DNA of 64,000 nt. Origin: an uncultured Negativicutes bacterium. Lineage in GTDB: Bacteria; Bacillota; Negativicutes; JBAXTZ01. Below the pieces are notes generated by a model. That model saw only the letters and a list, made by a program, of their open reading frames with translations. It was not told the DNA's origin and searched no databases. The position numbers and the translations under genes are program-made. Positions 34,342 to 44,876 of this stretch are shown here, in pieces (the stretch's first letter is position 1; each line of letters begins with the position of its first letter). Location: positions 1 through 64,000 of the forward strand of contig CAVRJL010000016.1 of NCBI GenBank assembly GCA_963721525.1. Reading direction: 5' to 3'.

Positions 34342-34386
34342 TAATAGTCCAGATGATAAAAGCTGTTTTTATCGTCTGGACTATTA
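34342..34386. terminator. Strong hairpin
   Basis: taatagtccagatgataaaa / ttttatcgtctggactatta, 20-bp stem with one G-U. Confidence 0.7.
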
Positions 34387-34974
34387 AATATTTAGAGTAA
34401 TACTAAACAGTATATATATTGATTTGTTAGGGATATAATTAAGTTCGGAATAGCAGCGCAAGCTCCTGGCGATGTACTATGGATAGTCACGCAAGATGAA
34501 ATCAGTAAGACTAGGACTTGAGCGGACTGACAAGCAATATAAAAGCAATAGCAAAGCATGCAAATTCAGAGGAGCATTTCGAGATAGGCAAAACAATCAT
34601 TAGGTAAATTAGAATACAACCCTCGTGCTAACTTGTTTAATGGTTATGGGTTAAATAGACAAGAGACGTCGCTAATTTTAAAATTAAGAAATAAAATTGA
34701 GACTAGAAATACGATACAGATAATGATTTTTGCTATGAGTAAGTATTACTGGGCTTACGGATTATCTATTGACAAAACGTTACACAAATCAATGTTCTAA
34801 AACGACCTATATATGCACCTATATACGCGTTATCGAAAGATTAACTACCAAAACAGTTATGGATAGATCGTTGATTATACGAATGAAGGATGGTTAATGC
34901 TGACAAATACCTATAGGTTAGATTATACATTCGAAGAAATATCTTTAGCAATGAGAATTCAAGAAGGTGGTTTG

Positions 34975-35500
34975 ATTTCAAATTGGTTAACTTTTGGAGA
35001 TGTTGCTTATGAGTTTCTAAAAGCGACAGACTTTCGCGAACACTTAGCGAATCTCGTTAACTTCTAGCTTATATGATTGTGTGTGAAAAACATGATAATA
35101 TGCGCGGTATTGTACCAATTGAAGCTGAACTGTTAGCTGTTGACGTAGATAGTACAGCTCAACGATTTTTATTAGGCCATTAGAGTATGAGGCGAACGGT
35201 TAACAAGTTGGATGAATTATGGTTATTGCAAAACTTAGAACGAAATAAGAGAATTAATTGTCGATAGTTATTTCCCTAATAAGAACGGAGAAGCACATTC
35301 AGTAGCTTTGTGTTTTATTGATTCCGGCTTTCGCACTAGACGAAGTATGTGACTTTTTTTATGTACTCAGACGTTTACTATCTATCTAAAGAAGCGCTCA
35401 TCCGTTAAGATAACGATTATTTAGCACATCGAATATCGATAGAATGCTATATACGGAATTAAACTGTATATAATTAATATTTATGTGTTTAAAGATTTCA
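34975..35500 (+). pseudogene. Phage terminase large subunit (GpA family) remnant
   Basis: WLTFGDVAYEFLKA...LANLVN, GIVPIEAELLAVDVD, CFIDSGFRT match GpA C-terminal motifs; stops and frameshifts. Confidence 0.75.
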
Positions 35501-35738
35501 TTAATGGAAGATGATATGTTGCTGTAGATTGCGAACAATGAGTAAATGCACAAAATGAAAAAATTATGCCAAAAAATAGACAGAATAAGGGATTAATTAA
35601 TATCAATATTTAATATTTTTTTAATTCATCAGGTTTAATACTTTTTTAATCATATAAAAAATTTTTTAAGATGATTTCCTGCTTAACTTTATTTTTCTCT
35701 GTTTTATTAAAAACTTTTATAATCTTTTATTTTATTTC

Positions 35739-38387
35739 TTATAAAGATTTTTCTTTACTAAGCACTGCTTGTGCTGCTGCTAATTTTGCTATGGGAATTC
35801 TAAAAGGGGAACAAGATATAGAATCTAAGCCAATATCATGACAAAATTGAATTGAATTTGGATCTCCACCATGTTCTCCACAAATTCCTATTTGTAAATT
35901 AGGACGGGTTTTTTTCCCTTTTTCAGTTGCTATTTTCATTAATTGGCCAACCCCTTTACGATCTAAGGTTATGAAGGGATTTTCTTTAAATATTTTTTTA
36001 TTTATGTAATCATTCATGAATTTTCCTTCAGCATCGTCTCTACTAAATCCTAAAGTTGTTTGTGTTAAATCATTTGTACCAAAACTAAAAAAATCGGAAA
36101 CTTCAGCGAGTTCATCTGCTAAAAGTGCAGCTCTAGGTAATTCAATCATTGTACCTACTTTATAAGTAAATTTAATTGAGTTTTCTTCTTGAATTTTTTT
36201 TGCAATAATATTGATTTTTTCTTTAAAAAAAATCATTTCATTAATGTCAATAGTTAAAGGTATTTCGATTTCAGGATAAGGATAAAATCCTTCTTTTTTT
36301 AAAAGTGCTGTAGCATTAAAAATAGCTTGAACTTGCATTTCATAAATTTCAGGCCAACTGATTCCTAAGCGACATCCCCTATGGCCTAACATTGGATTAT
36401 TTTCTTGTATAGATTGTATTTTCTCCCATAATTTTTCTAAAATGGGTAATTTTTCTTTGTTTTTACTTGTTTCACGAATTAAAGCGATTTCTATTATAAC
36501 ATCATCATAGCGAGGTAAAAATTCGTGTAATGGGGGATCCAGTAACCTTATACATACAGGATAACCGTCCATTATCTTTAGTATATTATAAAAATCATTT
36601 TCTTGAAAAGATAAAAGCTTTGCTAGCGCTTGTAAACGTTGTGTTGAGTTTTCGGCCAGTATCATTTCTTGAATATAAGGTAGACGCTCTGCTCCTAAAA
36701 ACATGTGCTCAGTACGAGTAAGCCCAATACCTATAGCACCAAATTCACGAGCTTTTAAAGCATCTTCAGGTGTATCCGCATTAGCTCGTATTTGTAGAGT
36801 TCTTATACTATCTGCCCAACTGAGAATTTTTAAACATTCAGGAGAAAACTTAGATTTGATTAAAGGTAAATTTCCCATAATAACTTTTCCGCTAGTACCA
36901 TCAATGGTTAGCATTTCCCCTTCTTTTATTATATAATTACCTATATATAATACCTTTTTTTCTATATCTATGGATAATGATTCGCAACCGCATACACAAG
37001 GTTTTCCCATACCTCTTGCCACCACTGCTGCATGTGAAGTCATTCCCCCATGAATAGTAAGTATTCCTTCGGCTGCATGCATCCCATGTATATCATCCGG
37101 ATTTGTTTCTTTGCTTACAAATATTGTTTTTATATCTCTTTCAGCCATAATTTTTGCCTCATCAGCAGAAAAAATAACTTTACCACATGCGGATCCTGGA
37201 GAAGCTGGCAATCCTATTGCAATAGGATTTATTTTTACTGAAGGGTCAAGTTGAGGATGTAAGAGCTGGTCAAGTTGATTAGGTTTAATTGAAAGTAAGG
37301 CTTCTTCTTTTGTAATTATTCCTTCTTTTTGTAAATCGTAAGCAGTTTTAATAGTAGCATGAGCACTCATTTTTCCATTTCTTGTTTGTAAAAGAAAAAG
37401 ATTTCCTTTTTCTATTGTAAATTCAATATCTTGAACATTTTTATAATATTTTTCCAATTTTTTTGCAATTTCCAAAAGTTCTTCATAAATTTGTGGCATA
37501 TCTATATTTAAGTCATTTATTTTTTTAGGAGTTCGTATACCAGCAACAACGTCTTCACCTTGAGCATTAAATAAGTATTCTCCATATAATGTGTTTTGTC
37601 CGTTGGATGGATTACGAGTAAAAGCAACTCCTGTGCCGGAATCGTTTCCCATATTACCAAATACCATTGTTTGTATATTTATTGCTGTACCTAAATTGTG
37701 ATCGATTTTATTAAGATTACGGTATATAATTGCTCGTTCATTATTCCAAGAATCAAATACTGCCTCAATTGCTAATTTTAATTGTTCTATAGGGTCATTA
37801 GGAAAATGTTTCCCCGTACATTTAAAAACGTGATTTTTGTAAATTTTTATTATTTTGCATAATGCTTTTTCGCTTAATTGTTGATCATAAGTTACGTTTT
37901 CTTGTTTTTTTGTATTCTCTAGTATATTTTCGAAATCATTTTTTGATATATTAAAAACAATATTAGAAAACATTTGAATAAATCTTCTATAGCAATCTAA
38001 CGCAAACCAACGATTGTTAGTTTGTTTTATTAAGCCTTTCACTGTTTTAGAGTTTATACCCAAATTTAAAATAGTATCCATCATACCCGGCATTGAAAAA
38101 ACAGATCCCGAGCGTACGGACAATAATAAAGGATTTTCAAAGTCGCCAAATACCTTATTAGTTTGTTTTTCAATAATTTGTAAATTTGCTTTAATTTCTG
38201 AAAGCAAATCAGCCGATAACTTGCAGTTCATAGAGTTATACTTATGGCAAGCTTCAGTAGTAACTATAAATCCAGGAGGTACTGGCAAACCGATTTTAGT
38301 CATTTCTGCCAAATTAGCTCCTTTGCTGCCCAATAAAGTTCGCATTTTTTTATTCCCTTCACGAAATAGATAAACATGTTTTGCCAT
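35739..38387 (-). CDS. ppdK: Pyruvate, phosphate dikinase
   Basis: KGANLAEM, SMPGMMDT, GGMTSHAAVVAR, ENNPMLGHRGCRL, GICGEHGG. Confidence 0.99.
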   Translation of the reverse strand: MAKHVYLFREGNKKMRTLLGSKGANLAEMTKIGLPVPPGFIVTTEACHKYNSMNCKLSADLLSEIKANLQIIEKQTNKVFGDFENPLLLSVRSGSVFSMPGMMDTILNLGINSKTVKGLIKQTNNRWFALDCYRRFIQMFSNIVFNISKNDFENILENTKKQENVTYDQQLSEKALCKIIKIYKNHVFKCTGKHFPNDPIEQLKLAIEAVFDSWNNERAIIYRNLNKIDHNLGTAINIQTMVFGNMGNDSGTGVAFTRNPSNGQNTLYGEYLFNAQGEDVVAGIRTPKKINDLNIDMPQIYEELLEIAKKLEKYYKNVQDIEFTIEKGNLFLLQTRNGKMSAHATIKTAYDLQKEGIITKEEALLSIKPNQLDQLLHPQLDPSVKINPIAIGLPASPGSACGKVIFSADEAKIMAERDIKTIFVSKETNPDDIHGMHAAEGILTIHGGMTSHAAVVARGMGKPCVCGCESLSIDIEKKVLYIGNYIIKEGEMLTIDGTSGKVIMGNLPLIKSKFSPECLKILSWADSIRTLQIRANADTPEDALKAREFGAIGIGLTRTEHMFLGAERLPYIQEMILAENSTQRLQALAKLLSFQENDFYNILKIMDGYPVCIRLLDPPLHEFLPRYDDVIIEIALIRETSKNKEKLPILEKLWEKIQSIQENNPMLGHRGCRLGISWPEIYEMQVQAIFNATALLKKEGFYPYPEIEIPLTIDINEMIFFKEKINIIAKKIQEENSIKFTYKVGTMIELPRAALLADELAEVSDFFSFGTNDLTQTTLGFSRDDAEGKFMNDYINKKIFKENPFITLDRKGVGQLMKIATEKGKKTRPNLQIGICGEHGGDPNSIQFCHDIGLDSISCSPFRIPIAKLAAAQAVLSKEKSL

Positions 38388-39162
38388 TTCTTAACCCCTT
38401 TATATTTTTACAAATTTTAAATGATATAAGTTAGTTGTAATTATATATAAAAAAATATTTGTATAGCAAGTTTTTATTGAAATTATCTTCCCCTATATTA
38501 AAAATAAAAAAATATATTTATAAATTAATTAATGATAGCACAACGTTTAAATTTTACATTATAGGCAAATAGAAAACTTATTGTGCTTATAATGTAAAAT
38601 TTCCATATGATTTTGAAAAAAATAAAATAAGCTATCATACGGATATAGGTTTTATAAAAAAGTTCTTTATGATTAATTTGGAAACTCTAATTTATTTTAG
38701 AAAGAAACTCGGACATTTCGGATATTAATGTTGATAAACGTAAACTTCCTTCTATTTTCTATTGTCAAAAAAGACCTTTTATCACATATTGAAATTGAAG
38801 TACCCATACTTTTTTAAGAGTTAAAAATAAAAATTGCCGGTACAAATAATATAATGGCATTTTCAAATATTTGATATTTTGTAGTATATTAAATCGTTGA
38901 AATAGTGAAGCAATTCTGTTAAAATAACAAGAGGTAAAAATGTTTTTAAAAAAACTATACTTTGAAAAATAATTAAAATTTATAGATTTTAGCGTAGTAT
39001 TTATTGAAAATTGTAGAAAAATAGGATATTATTTATAAATCATAATTTTTAATAAGTATTATAGTTTGCTAATTATTTATTTATCGTTGCTGTGTATGTC
39101 AAAAAACATTTTATCGTACATTTGGTTTTTATTTTTAAATTATTCTAAAATAGGAGTTGTTT

Positions 39163-39645
39163 ATGAAAAAAATATCATTGGTTTTACTAAGTTTCATATT
39201 TATTTTTACCGTTGCTGGTTGTGGGAAAACACAAGTAGGAATAGTTGACCAAGGAAAAATAATGAAAAATAGTGAGCACATGAAGCGAATTGGAGAGGAA
39301 TTTAGAAAAAAAGCTACAGATTTACAGGAAGAAGAATATAAAGCACGCCAAATGATAAAAGATGAAATTTCTAAACAGAAGAAAAATCAGGAAATTAGAA
39401 GTAAATGGGAAAAATTACAGAGCGAGACACAACAAAAAGTATTTACAGAATTAAAAGCAGCTGTACAAACTATTGCTAAAGAAAAGGGGTTAGACATAGT
39501 TGCTGAAAACATGGTTATTTATACAACTGGAACAGATATCACAGACGAGGTTGTTAAAAGACTAGATGTAAATATTCAATCACAATTTCAATCTAAAGTT
39601 AAACCTAAAGAAGTACTCCCCGAAGGGAAAAAAGAGGAGATCTAA
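39163..39645 (+). CDS. OmpH/Skp-family periplasmic chaperone (lipoprotein signal)
   Basis: VAGC lipobox, VGIVD, IAKEKGLDIV, DITDEV. Confidence 0.85.
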   Translation: MKKISLVLLSFIFIFTVAGCGKTQVGIVDQGKIMKNSEHMKRIGEEFRKKATDLQEEEYKARQMIKDEISKQKKNQEIRSKWEKLQSETQQKVFTELKAAVQTIAKEKGLDIVAENMVIYTTGTDITDEVVKRLDVNIQSQFQSKVKPKEVLPEGKKEEI

Positions 39646-39749
39646 GCAGAATAAAAAGTAATTATAATAAATAAAGTTGTTTATAGTGCTGTTTGTGGTA
39701 ACAAGAAGAGATTAAGCAGAGGATATTAGTTGAGTAAAATTAGGAATGC

Positions 39750-40070
39750 GCAGTAAGCTGAGAATATTTAAAGTTTCAATTACAGTGGGGTTTTCGAAAT
39801 TTAGAGTAGTTATTTGATTTAACTTTACCGTAAAATTGAATTGTATGACAGCTGTTGATTAAAAAAACGAAAGGCAATAGGTAATAATTTAAGAATCTTA
39901 TTCAGTAATTAGTTTTAATGTTTGAATAGGAAATAATATGATAATGAAACTTCATATGTAATTTTCTCAGGATTCGGGGTTTATTATGGTAGACAATAAA
40001 GTTGTAATCGGAAGTTTTACAAGTATTCATCAATTATATTAACAAAATCCATAATAAATGATGTTTAGTA
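39750..40070 (+). pseudogene. lpxA: Degraded UDP-GlcNAc acyltransferase LpxA
   Basis: Ordered fragments EYLKF (cf. PQDLKF), IGNN, IGNNMIM, SGFIMVDNKVVIGSFTSIHQ (cf. AGHV.VED.AVIGG...VHQF); directly after skp. Confidence 0.6.
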
Positions 40071-40247
40071 AAAAATAAAGGGCTTGTGTTGTTGCGTTAT
40101 TTTTAAATGATGTAATAATGCTGAGCACTTTATTTTTTTGTATTATACCTCTCAGATAAATATCTATAATTAAGAGAAGTAAAGAGGGCTTTCACAAACT
40201 TTAAGTTTGTGAAAATAGAGAAAAAAGTGGAATTGGAGGTAAAATTT

Positions 40248-41660
40248 ATGGGATTAATTATTGAAGAAAAACAGCTTAGGCGAGGATTAAAAAACCGTCA
40301 TATTCAATTTATAGCTTTAGGATTCATTATTGATAGCGGGTACTTTCTTGGTAATAGTTATGCTATTGAAAAAGCAGGACCGTTATCTATTTTAGGGTAT
40401 TTACTCGGAGGAATAATTGTCATGATGGTTATGCTTTGCTATCGTGAGCTTATGATATACAAACCTATTACTGGTTCATTTATCACTTATACTAAGGAAT
40501 TGGTATCGTCAACATGGGCGTGTGGTATTGGTTGGTGCTATTGGTTACAATGCGTTACCCCGTCTGAACCAATAGCTGCCGGTATGATTATGAACTTATT
40601 TATGCCTCGAATTGGAACGGTATGGTGGGCTGTATTTTTTTGTTTATTTGTTACAATTTTAAATTTATTTAAAGTGGAAGCTTTTGGAGAAGCTGAATTT
40701 TGGCTTTCTTTAACAAAAGTTGGAGCAATTATAGTTTTTAGTATTCTATCTGTATTTATTGGTTTAGGCTGGATTGGGGCTCAAGGTTATATAGGTATAA
40801 AATTACTTTTAGGAGACGGTGGTTTTGCTCCTAAAGGTTGGTTTTCTGTTTTTCTTGTTATGATGATAGTATTAGGAAATTATCAAGGAGCTGAAACTAT
40901 AGGATTAACTGCAGGCGAAAGTAAAAATCCACAAAAATCCTTACCAAAAGCTATTAAAAATGTAACTAATACTATTATAGGATTATATACCATACCTATA
41001 TTTTTATTATTAGTCATTTTCCCTTGGAGACAAGCTGCAATTTCAGAAAACGCTTTTAGTGAAGCGCTTGTAATTCATGGTTTCAGGTGGTTGGGTAGCG
41101 GTATTTCTTTTATTATTTTGATTACAGCTTTATCTGCAGCAAATAGTGATATGTATGCTTGTTCAAGGATATTATATTCTTTGCAAAAAGAAGGATTTGC
41201 TCCAAAATTTTTAGGGAAATTAAATATTAAAAATGTTCCACAAAATGCTACTATTATGTCTAATATAATAGCTTGGGTTTTTTTGGTGTTTTATGTATTA
41301 GATAAAAGTGGATTATTTTATGAACATCTCCTTTTATTAAGTGGATTTGCTGGAGAAATTGTGTGGATAAGCATTTGCATTGCCCAATTTCGTTTTCGTA
41401 AGAAGTACATAGCTTCAGGGCACAATATAGAAAAATTAAGAAACAAAACTCCCTATTTCCCATATCTTACATGGTTAGCAATACTAACACAGGCTGTTTG
41501 TTTATTAGCTATGCTTTTTTCTCAAGAAATGAGAGATACTTTAATTTTTGGAATGCTTACTATTTTATTAAGTTCATTAATTTATTATGGATACAAAAAA
41601 AAATGGGGAACTAGATTAGCGGCCATCATCAATACTATACTATTTTTTAATTTTAATTAA
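40248..41660 (+). CDS. Amino acid permease (AAT/RocE-like)
   Basis: GLKNRHIQFIAL, FGEAEFW, GESKNPQK, ANSDMYACSR. Confidence 0.95.
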   Translation: MGLIIEEKQLRRGLKNRHIQFIALGFIIDSGYFLGNSYAIEKAGPLSILGYLLGGIIVMMVMLCYRELMIYKPITGSFITYTKELVSSTWACGIGWCYWLQCVTPSEPIAAGMIMNLFMPRIGTVWWAVFFCLFVTILNLFKVEAFGEAEFWLSLTKVGAIIVFSILSVFIGLGWIGAQGYIGIKLLLGDGGFAPKGWFSVFLVMMIVLGNYQGAETIGLTAGESKNPQKSLPKAIKNVTNTIIGLYTIPIFLLLVIFPWRQAAISENAFSEALVIHGFRWLGSGISFIILITALSAANSDMYACSRILYSLQKEGFAPKFLGKLNIKNVPQNATIMSNIIAWVFLVFYVLDKSGLFYEHLLLLSGFAGEIVWISICIAQFRFRKKYIASGHNIEKLRNKTPYFPYLTWLAILTQAVCLLAMLFSQEMRDTLIFGMLTILLSSLIYYGYKKKWGTRLAAIINTILFFNFN

Positions 41661-41707
41661 TAATTTAGTGTAAGCTATATAGAAACTATAAAATATAGAA
41701 TTAATAG

Positions 41708-42268
41708 TTAGTTTTTATTAAATTTATGCATGTTTTTTTGGATATCATTTTCAAGCCAAAAAAAAGCTATTTCTGTAGAAAGTTTTAAGGTGGGTTGTAA
41801 TTTTTTCCACTCTTCTTTGTTAAAGCGACTTAATACCCAATTAGAGGTATTCCACTCTAAAGGAGCTTTCCCTATACCTATTTTCAGGCGTGGAAATTGG
41901 TCGCCAATATGTGAAATAATTGATTTTAAACCATTATGTCCGCCTGAAGAACCATGCGAACGAATTTTTATTTTACCTAAAGGTAAATCAAGATCATCAT
42001 AAATGATTAATACATCTTGAGATTTAATTTTATAAAAATTCATAATGTCATTAACGGCTTCCCCACTATAATTCATAAATGTTTGTGGTTTCAATAGTAA
42101 AACTTTTTCATTTCTGTTAAATATTTCTGCAACTAGGCTTTTATTTTTTTTAATCCAATTAACACAAAGATTATCAATAATTAAGTCAAGCACTATGAAT
42201 CCTAAATTATGTTTTGTATATTTATAATGTATTCCAGGATTACCAAGTCCGACTATTAACTTTGGCAT
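41708..42268 (-). CDS. pth: Peptidyl-tRNA hydrolase
   Basis: VGLGNPG, KPQTFMN.SG, GGHNGLKS. Confidence 0.98.
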   Translation of the reverse strand: MPKLIVGLGNPGIHYKYTKHNLGFIVLDLIIDNLCVNWIKKNKSLVAEIFNRNEKVLLLKPQTFMNYSGEAVNDIMNFYKIKSQDVLIIYDDLDLPLGKIKIRSHGSSGGHNGLKSIISHIGDQFPRLKIGIGKAPLEWNTSNWVLSRFNKEEWKKLQPTLKLSTEIAFFWLENDIQKNMHKFNKN

Positions 42269-42296
42269 ATTTATACCTCTTAATAAAAATTGAAAA

Positions 42297-43265
42297 TTAG
42301 GCTTTGTTTTTAAATAATGCTTTAAAAAGAAAATTTACTATTTTTTTTTCATATTTTTTTGAGTACAATATGTAAGCTTTGGTATGCTCACAATTGAATA
42401 CATGCCAAATTTTTTTTGGTTTTTTTGCTGCTTTTATTAATTTATCTCCTTGTCCCAATCCAACAATAGTGTCGTTTTCGGGCTGAATGATGAAAATAGG
42501 TCGAGGTGAAATTAAATGTATTTTTTTCATAGCTGAAACATCTTCTACTTTAAACCCTATGATTTTTTCAGCATTTTTTTTTATAGGATTTACTAATTTT
42601 TTAGCTAAAAATTTTGGAATATTGGCAAAGTTTATTAATCCTAATTCAATTGTTACTTTTAATGAAGAATAAGGGCTATCCGCAATACAAGCTTTTATTT
42701 GTTTAAAACTTGCAGTAGCTAATATTGCTATAACACTACCCATGCTATTCCCCATGATAGCAATTTTGTTTTTATCAATATCGTTCAACGTGTTTAAATA
42801 ATTTAAACAAGCTTTTACGTCTTTAACTTCTTCTTTCCCAAAGGTAATCATATTTCCCTGGCTATGTCCATGGTGACGAAAATCAGCCATTAATACTGAA
42901 AATCCATGGTTGTTGAGAAATTTTGCTATTGGTAACATTTCCTCCCGATGATATTTATAGCCATGCTGCAAAATAACAACTGCTCTATTTGTTCCTGGGA
43001 TATACCAAGTTGCAAGTTGGAGATTATCATCTGTTACTAAAGTTATTGCTTTAAAGTTTATACCAAATTCAAAAGGAGTAAGTTTAGGTGTAGATCTAAG
43101 ATTTTTTTTTGTTATCCAAAATTGCCACCAGTGTTTACTATCTATTTGTTTTATAACATTAAGGGTTATATGCATAATAAATAAATTTTTTACTAAATTA
43201 AATATTTTATTTATTATTAAAAATAGAATAGGTAATGTTATGGATAGTGTTAATAATATTTTCAT
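42297..43265 (-). CDS. Membrane-anchored alpha/beta hydrolase
   Basis: HGY, DFRHHGHSQG, GNSMG nucleophile elbow, DSPYS. Confidence 0.9.
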   Translation of the reverse strand: MKILLTLSITLPILFLIINKIFNLVKNLFIMHITLNVIKQIDSKHWWQFWITKKNLRSTPKLTPFEFGINFKAITLVTDDNLQLATWYIPGTNRAVVILQHGYKYHREEMLPIAKFLNNHGFSVLMADFRHHGHSQGNMITFGKEEVKDVKACLNYLNTLNDIDKNKIAIMGNSMGSVIAILATASFKQIKACIADSPYSSLKVTIELGLINFANIPKFLAKKLVNPIKKNAEKIIGFKVEDVSAMKKIHLISPRPIFIIQPENDTIVGLGQGDKLIKAAKKPKKIWHVFNCEHTKAYILYSKKYEKKIVNFLFKALFKNKA

Positions 43266-44116
43266 TTTTGTTTTATTTTTAAAGAAAAATCAAAAGCTCT
43301 TACAGAATGAGTTAAAGAACCGACAGATATGTAATCTACACCTGTAGAGGCTATTCTTGGTATTTTCTTTAAAGTCACGTTACCTGAAACTTCTATTTTA
43401 GTTTCTCCGTTAATTAAATTAACCGCTTGATTTAATGTTGTAGATTGCATATTATCGAGTAATATGCAATCTACTTTAGCAAAAAGAGCTTGGTGTACTT
43501 CTTTTATCGTTCTGGCCTCTAGTTCAATTTTAAATTTATTTTTCCACTTGGTGCGTATTGCTTCTACTGTTTTTAATATTCCGCCGCCACTATCAATATG
43601 ATTATCTTTAAGTAGCACCATATCGTATAGTCCCATTCTGTGATTTTGTCCACCCCCGCAACGTACTGCGTATTTTGATAAAGAGCGCCATCCAGGTAAA
43701 GTTTTTCGAGTGTCAAGAATTTTAGCTTTACCGAAATTTTTTGCAATCTTTACAAATTTATTTGTTTGTGTGGCTATTCCTGATAAAAAAGCTATAATAT
43801 TTAGCAATGAGCGCTCGGCTTTAAAAATTTCATCTGTTTGTCCTATGAAATCGGCTATAAGATCCCCTTTATTAATAATATCGCTATCTTTTTTATAAAT
43901 CTTTATTTGCACATTCTTAAAAAAATGGGAAGAAAAAAATCGGGAAATTACTTTAGAACCGACAAAAATTCCTTTATCTTTACTTACTAATATAGCATTA
44001 GTTTTATCATCAGGATTAAAAAGAGGAATTGTTGAAATGTCTCCAATATTCTTAAGATCTTCTTTTAATGATATTGTAATTAGATTTTGCAATTCTAAGT
44101 AAGGAAAATTTTTCAT
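43262..44116 (-). CDS. nadC: Quinolinate phosphoribosyltransferase
   Basis: LDTRKTLPG, HRMGLYD, KDNH, LLDN, ISVGSLTHS. Confidence 0.97.
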   Translation of the reverse strand: MKNFPYLELQNLITISLKEDLKNIGDISTIPLFNPDDKTNAILVSKDKGIFVGSKVISRFFSSHFFKNVQIKIYKKDSDIINKGDLIADFIGQTDEIFKAERSLLNIIAFLSGIATQTNKFVKIAKNFGKAKILDTRKTLPGWRSLSKYAVRCGGGQNHRMGLYDMVLLKDNHIDSGGGILKTVEAIRTKWKNKFKIELEARTIKEVHQALFAKVDCILLDNMQSTTLNQAVNLINGETKIEVSGNVTLKKIPRIASTGVDYISVGSLTHSVRAFDFSLKIKQK

Positions 44117-44304
44117 ATTTAGCCTCGCTTATATTTTAAATAAAAATTTATTTATTTAAAAATACGTTAATATTTAGTAATTATTTTACAATAAATTAAA
44201 CATGTTTAAAATTGTTTAGATAGATTATTAGTAACCATTGTAATATTTGTTTATAAAAATTTTAGGTATATCAGAATGTAAGATAAAATAAAGATATAAA
44301 AGGG

Positions 44305-44348
44305 AAAAATAAAATAAACCTATAATATTATAGGTTTATTTTATTTTT
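44305..44348. terminator. 44-bp perfect palindrome downstream of the tRNA pair
   Basis: aaaaataaaataaacctataat|attataggtttattttattttt. Confidence 0.8.
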
Positions 44349-44368
44349 TGCTAATCTGTTAATTAGAA

Positions 44369-44459
44369 TGGCGGAGTGGAGAGGATTTGAACCTCCGTAC
44401 GCCTTTCAACGTCTAACGGTTTAGCAAACCGTCCTCTTCAGCCACTTGAGTACCACTCC
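44369..44459 (-). tRNA. tRNA-Ser(GCT)
   Basis: GGAGTGGTACTCAAGTGG...ACGGTTTGCTAAACCGT, long variable arm, GGTTCAAATCC, encoded CCA. Confidence 0.97.
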
Positions 44460-44469
44460 ACTTATAATT

Positions 44470-44559
44470 TGGCGGAGAGAGTGGGATTCGAACCCACGGC
44501 TCTATTTTAGAGTCACCGGTTTTCAAGACCGGCTCCTTAAACCACTCGGACACCTCTCC
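44470..44559 (-). tRNA. tRNA-Ser(TGA)
   Basis: GGAGAGGTGTCCGAGTGG...CCGGTCTTGAAAACCGG, GGTTCGAATCC, encoded CCA. Confidence 0.98.
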
Positions 44560-44574
44560 TTCCTACCAAGAAAA

Positions 44575-44603
44575 ATTATATTAAGATATTTATTATTTGT
44601 CAA
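44575..44603 (-). promoter_or_regulatory. Consensus sigma-A promoter for the tRNA-Ser pair
   Basis: TTGACA-17 nt-TATAAT on the minus strand just upstream of the tRNA. Confidence 0.85.
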
Positions 44604-44876
44604 TCAAATTACAATTAATAATTAATATTTGAAATTGTGTTATACTTATGTAATATATTGGAGGTATTTATTTAAAATACGTTAAATATGTAAATAATTT
44701 ATTTTCTTATAAAGAGAATAATATAGTTATATTAATAAAGATAAGAATTTATATTAAATATAATAATTTTTTACGAAAAAAATTGCCAAAATTGAATGGT
44801 TTGTAGTAATATATACTCGAGGTTGTAGTCAATATTTCAAGATAAGTATTAATTTTATCGATTAAGTGGAGGAAAT

